From NCBI GenBank assembly GCA_016185125.1, contig JACPOC010000025.1, forward strand, positions 222,773 to 286,772: DNA of 64,000 nucleotides. The letters are read 5' to 3'. This DNA comes from Bacteroidota bacterium (lineage in GTDB: Bacteria; Bacteroidota; Bacteroidia; B-17B0; Aurantibacillaceae). Positions 60,421 through 64,000 of the stretch are shown in pieces (within the stretch, counting starts at the first letter, position 1; each line of letters begins with the position of its first letter). The notes below the pieces were generated by a model. That model searched no databases. It worked only from the letters and a program-made list of their open reading frames with translations, and was not told the DNA's origin. The position numbers and the translations under genes are program-made.

Positions 60421-60858
60421 TTGGATACTTCAGATTTTATTTCTATGGTTCAGGAAGGCCGAATTTCTAAAATAGCCTTGCGCACGGATGGTATTCTTCA
60501 GATAGATATTAAAGCAAACGAATTATTTCAGGCCGGCGATTTTAACGAATTAATGGCTGCAGCCTATAAAATTGGAAAAGGAAAAAAGTTTTATAACCTG
60601 ATTACCGTGGGAGAATATACAATCGCCGATCATGCGGCCAGGGTTTTATCTACAAGCAAGGAGGGTAGTTATTACAAATTAGCAGACGCATTCGTCATTA
60701 ATTCTTTGCCCCAAAAACTTGTCGCCAATTTTTATATGAATTTTCATAAGCCTTTTGTGCCTACCCGTTTTTTTAACTCCAAAAGCGAAGCATTGACCTG
60801 GTTGAAAAATTTAGAGTTAAGCAATAGGAAACAATCCCACTCCAAAAAGGTTTTTTAA
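60421..60858 (+). CDS. hypothetical protein, possibly STAS/SpoIIAA-like
   Basis: 145 aa with a TTG start (an alternative ATG lies at 60445). The C-terminal 'RFFNSKSEALTWLKNL' is shared with the ORF at 63639-64000. Confidence 0.55.
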   Translation: MDTSDFISMVQEGRISKIALRTDGILQIDIKANELFQAGDFNELMAAAYKIGKGKKFYNLITVGEYTIADHAARVLSTSKEGSYYKLADAFVINSLPQKLVANFYMNFHKPFVPTRFFNSKSEALTWLKNLELSNRKQSHSKKVF

Positions 60859-60917
60859 GATATATTTTATAATATTTGTATAAAATATATACCAAGAAAA
60901 AAAGTTCATAATAATAC

Positions 60918-60941
60918 AAAAACCCCTGAAAATCAGGGGTT
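60918..60941 (-). terminator. intrinsic terminator immediately 3' of the tRNA fragment
   Basis: ACCCCTGA/TCAGGGGT 8-bp stem with a 3-nt loop, followed on the minus strand by TTTTTG. Confidence 0.7.
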
Positions 60942-60946
60942 TACAG

Positions 60947-60993
60947 TAGCGGAAACGGGAGTTGAACCCGTGACCTCAGGGTTATGAACCCCA
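60947..60993 (-). pseudogene. 3' fragment (anticodon arm to discriminator) of a tRNA gene with CAU anticodon
   Basis: The minus strand reads TGGGG-TTCATAA-CCCTG-AGGTC-ACGGG-TTCAACT-CCCGT-TTCCGCT-A. The sequence 5' of it cannot form an acceptor strand (AGCGGAA expected) or a D arm. Confidence 0.7.
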
Positions 60994-61017
60994 TAATACC
61001 ACCTCTTTTAAAAGTTT

Positions 61018-61173
61018 CTAATCGTTCCTAATCGTTGATATATCTATGGTTTACCTGTATTATCAATATATTTGAATGTTGGTTTAAACTGGTTAAAATC
61101 GGTTAAAAAAGACAAGTTGTGGAAACTATGTGGAAACCAGTTTCCGCAATAATCGTATATTTGTTTCCGAAAC
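61018..61173. promoter_or_regulatory. cluster of phased short repeats between the tRNA fragment and the integrase gene (candidate recombinase arm/operator sites)
   Basis: CTAATCGTT x2 (period 10), GGTT(T)AAA x3 (period 10), TGTGGAAAC x2 (period 11), inverted GTTTCC, and GTTTC-C-GAAAC. Confidence 0.4.
61156..61163 (+). promoter_or_regulatory. candidate -7 box TATATTTG for the integrase gene
   Basis: Matches TAnnTTTG and lies 82 nt upstream of the ATG at 61246. Confidence 0.3.
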
Positions 61174-61245
61174 GTTTTTAAACTAATCATAATGGTCTCT
61201 GTTTGAATTAGAACAAGAAAACAAAACTACTAAAATTCTATAATT

Positions 61246-62541
61246 ATGGCTTCATCTAAAATCGTATTATTTAAAGGCAAGAAATTATCTGACGGTTCGA
61301 GGTTTGTTGCTTTGCGTTTAACTTTTGATCGAAACCATAAATTTGTTTTTATCGAGAACATTTTTGAAAGTCAGTGGGATGCTGCAAGTAAATTAGTCAA
61401 CCGCACTCATGCACATTATAAAAGAATTAATAATACAATCAAAGCTAAGGATGCTCTTGCTGCCGATTTGATTCTTCAATACGAATCAGGGAAAAGTGAT
61501 TTAACACCCGAAAAGATTATAAATACTTTAAAAGATGTAAAAAGTTCAGAAACATTCTTTGATTTTTTTAGCGATTATGTTGAAGAAAAATTTAAGAAAA
61601 ACCAAGACCATGAAGCTACTTCTTTAGATGGCAAAGGGAAAAATATTTGGTCATTTTTTTATGACAAAGATTTTAATGCTGAATTTCCAGGCTTAGAGAG
61701 GGATAATGAAAAATCACTATTTAGAAAAGTAGTAAATAAGGATATTAGATTCACTTCTATTACCCCCTCTTTTCTTAGGAATCTTGCTATTTATTTAGAA
61801 ATAGAGAGTGAACACTCGGAAAGGAGTGTTTTTAACCACATGAACGTAATTAGAACGGTTTATAACAGAGCCATTGAAGCTAAAGCTATCACAAGAGAAA
61901 ACTATCCGTTTAGTGGAAAAAACGGCTACAAAATGCGTATGCCTGAAAGTCAAAAAATCGCATTGGAAGAAAATGAGGTTTTAGCATTGGAAAAAGCAAA
62001 ACTTAAAGAAAAAACTGATACGTGGATTCATGCAAAAAATTCTTGGATTTTATCTTTGTGTTGGGGCGGAGCGAGAATTAGTGATGTTCTTCAGACAAAG
62101 TGGGAACAAATTAATCCGGAATCGTTAACCTATGTCATGGGCAAAAATAATAAACCGGTGGAAGTTCCTCTTGTTGATCGGGCTAAAAAAATATTGAAGT
62201 ATTATGAAAAATACAAAGATGAAAATAAGGGATACATTTTTCCTGAAATGAGTAAAGCAAATTTAGATGATCCAAAGGATATTAATATAAAACTAAAAAA
62301 TGCTATCCGAATTTACAATGTATGGTTGAAAGAACTTGCAGAAGAAGCAGGGATCAAAAAAAGTTTAAATAATCATCTTGCCCGCCATACTTTCGGAAAT
62401 CTCTCAGGAGATAAAATACCAATTCAAACATTGCAGTTGATTTATAGGCATTCAGATATTCAGACGACTATTAATTATCAAAGACACTGGATGAATAAGC
62501 AAAAAGTAGGAGAGGCGGTAAAAACAGTTATGAATTTTTAA
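61246..62541 (+). CDS. tyrosine-type site-specific integrase
   Basis: 431 aa. The C-terminal catalytic region has 'GGARISDV', 'HLARHTFGN' and 'YRHSDIQTTINY'. The N-terminal arm-binding/SAM-like region is typical of Bacteroidota integrases. Confidence 0.9.
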   Translation: MASSKIVLFKGKKLSDGSRFVALRLTFDRNHKFVFIENIFESQWDAASKLVNRTHAHYKRINNTIKAKDALAADLILQYESGKSDLTPEKIINTLKDVKSSETFFDFFSDYVEEKFKKNQDHEATSLDGKGKNIWSFFYDKDFNAEFPGLERDNEKSLFRKVVNKDIRFTSITPSFLRNLAIYLEIESEHSERSVFNHMNVIRTVYNRAIEAKAITRENYPFSGKNGYKMRMPESQKIALEENEVLALEKAKLKEKTDTWIHAKNSWILSLCWGGARISDVLQTKWEQINPESLTYVMGKNNKPVEVPLVDRAKKILKYYEKYKDENKGYIFPEMSKANLDDPKDINIKLKNAIRIYNVWLKELAEEAGIKKSLNNHLARHTFGNLSGDKIPIQTLQLIYRHSDIQTTINYQRHWMNKQKVGEAVKTVMNF

Positions 62542-62652
62542 AGTCCAATGATATGCTTAGAAGTATTGAAAGTTTCGTAATTTTACAATCAATAAAAACT
62601 CAAATAATGTAGAATAGAATATATTTAATTTATAGCGCATTGTCGCTTGCTT

Positions 62653-62767
62653 AGGTAGAAAATCCGCGAAATTTAAGCCCTAACAGCAAATGACAAGGAG
62701 TGCCCAAATATGGGTGCGTCCTTGCTCATTTATTGTTGGGGCTGGGTCCTCGCGGAACCTTCTACCT
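62653..62767 (+). ncRNA. candidate structured RNA: 115-nt GC-rich extended imperfect hairpin
   Basis: Stems are 62653-62660/62760-62767 (8 bp) and 62664-62669/62750-62755 (6 bp). A further ~23-bp stem spans 62677-62699/62719-62742, and an apical stem spans 62700-62705/62712-62717. There are four T-G (U-G) pairs on the plus strand. No family recognised. Confidence 0.35.
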
Positions 62768-62878
62768 TCGTAAATGTTGTCAGGGTAACGCACCCACCAT
62801 ATTTTATCATGGAGGGGTATGTACCTGAAGAGGCGCATACCCCATTTAATTTATATAACTAATTAAATACATAAAACC

Positions 62879-63208
62879 ATGATTACTCCTTCAATAAAAC
62901 AGTTATTTCTCTTTTTTACCGTAAATTTCCTCATTATTGCTTTTTTTAATATTACACTATTCAGAAGCATTGATTTTATTACCCATGTAAGATTTTACGA
63001 CATTTTAGCAATAAATACCCTTAAAATTGGTATGTTAGTATCCGTCTTTATACTTACGTGTTTTATACTAAACTTGCTGTTTTTTTGTGTATTTATTAAG
63101 AATGATATTAAACGATCACTCTTAAGTACAGTCAAAATGAGTATGGGGACATTTTTAGCCGGAATAATTTTTGCGGTGGGGATTATATTTGTAAATGAAA
63201 TTAAATAA
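62879..63208 (+). CDS. hypothetical small membrane protein
   Basis: 109 aa with 3-4 hydrophobic segments. Confidence 0.5.
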   Translation: MITPSIKQLFLFFTVNFLIIAFFNITLFRSIDFITHVRFYDILAINTLKIGMLVSVFILTCFILNLLFFCVFIKNDIKRSLLSTVKMSMGTFLAGIIFAVGIIFVNEIK

Positions 63209-63216
63209 TACAGATT

Positions 63217-63642
63217 ATGAGAAGAATTGTAATGAGGCAAAAAATGATCTGTGGCTTTTTGGATTCGTGTAATGAAAAATTAAACCAAGAACCCAACAAT
63301 GTTAATGTTATCCGCACGAGAGGCATATTGTATAATCTGGCCGAAAAATATGATAAAGCTATAACAGATTTTGAGCGAATTATAGATGAAATGCCATCGG
63401 ATGTAAGTGCCTACTATCTAAAAGGCGATTGTCACTTTCATAAGGGAGAATTTGACCTTGCTAAACGTGATTATATGAGGGCATTGAAACTGCAATTTGA
63501 TACCAAAATAACCGATAGCTCTATTGAAAATGCGGTAATAATAGATGAACAGGATCTAAAGGATATTGAAAAAGTGCTTGAGTACGAAAAGAATCAAGCC
63601 ATTCTTAATTACCTCCCGAACTTAATAGCAGAAGGTGATTAA
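63217..63642 (+). CDS. TPR repeat protein
   Basis: 141 aa. 'YDKAITDFERIIDEMPSDVSAYYLKGDCHFHKGEFDLAKRDYMRALKL' fits two TPR units. Confidence 0.6.
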   Translation: MRRIVMRQKMICGFLDSCNEKLNQEPNNVNVIRTRGILYNLAEKYDKAITDFERIIDEMPSDVSAYYLKGDCHFHKGEFDLAKRDYMRALKLQFDTKITDSSIENAVIIDEQDLKDIEKVLEYEKNQAILNYLPNLIAEGD

Positions 63643-64000
63643 TTCTGATATTTAAAGGGTTCGAGCCATTTTAATCCAGCTTCTTTATTAGTAAAAACCT
63701 TAGTTGGAATTAACGGCTCATCAAGAAGTATCCAGGCATTGCCCAAAAATGCCATTAATTTATTGTGTGTACATATTGCTCCGGCACTCAAAAATTCGCA
63801 GGCTTCGGCACTTGCAAAGTAGTTTCTTGCAGGTGCATCCACAGATAATAGTCCTGTAACATCAAGTAAAAAAGGCTTACAAATACCCTTTGATATTGTT
63901 TTCCGGTCACGTACAATTTCCTTAGCAACTTTAGATATAGACGCCAAAAATAGTTGGTAAAAGAGCTCGTAGCCCACGCCAGTATTAAGTTTGAGCAAAG
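63639..64000 (-). CDS. hypothetical protein, paralogue of 60421-60858, probably 5'-partial at the window edge
   Basis: The C-terminal 'KVFTNKEAGLKWLEPF' aligns with the other copy. The only in-window start is a TTG 3 nt from the edge. Confidence 0.5.
   Translation of the reverse strand, partial: LLKLNTGVGYELFYQLFLASISKVAKEIVRDRKTISKGICKPFLLDVTGLLSVDAPARNYFASAEACEFLSAGAICTHNKLMAFLGNAWILLDEPLIPTKVFTNKEAGLKWLEPFKYQN

Noticed and set aside
60947-61025. A complete tRNA-Met gene
   Set aside because: The sequence 5' of the anticodon arm (minus strand '...GATTAGAAACTTTTAAAAGAGGTGGTATTA') cannot pair with the 3' acceptor strand TTCCGCT and has no D arm. Only the 3' 47 nt are tRNA-like.

Overview
This is an AT-rich chromosomal segment with clear Bacteroidota hallmarks: an S46 peptidase, T9SS type A and type B C-terminal sorting domains, PorP/SprF, TAnnTTTG -7 boxes close to start codons, and DUF3098-type small proteins. 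I call about 56 protein-coding genes. Most are housekeeping or envelope functions: uppP, ftsX, gmd/fcl, a WecA-like transferase, TolC, gltA, ispE, lysC/lysA, gcdH, purD, gap, a membrane pyrophosphatase, two-component regulators and several T9SS cargo proteins. I found no rRNA, no intact tRNA and no CRISPR array.

The non-ordinary parts are:
1. A membrane pyrophosphatase fused in frame to a C-terminal YceI-like domain.
2. The boundary of an integrative element at 60.9-64 kb. It has a 47-nt 3' fragment of a tRNA(CAU) gene with its own terminator, helically phased short repeats, a tyrosine integrase, and a 115-nt GC-rich extended hairpin with G-U pairs.
3. A small decaying or variable patch at 29.6-32.4 kb. 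It holds a transposase C-terminal remnant, a probably truncated gene, and an array of three GC-rich stem-loops upstream of gltA.
4. A roughly 400-bp insert-like segment between two 15-nt direct repeats downstream of gltA, containing a 190-bp element with about 30-bp terminal inverted repeats.
5. A histone-H1-like/SWIB fusion protein.
6. A class-I flavoprotein disulfide reductase homologue that lacks both redox cysteines.

I did not recognise any multi-gene defence or otherwise novel operon-scale system. Functional names come from motifs read by eye, not from database searches.
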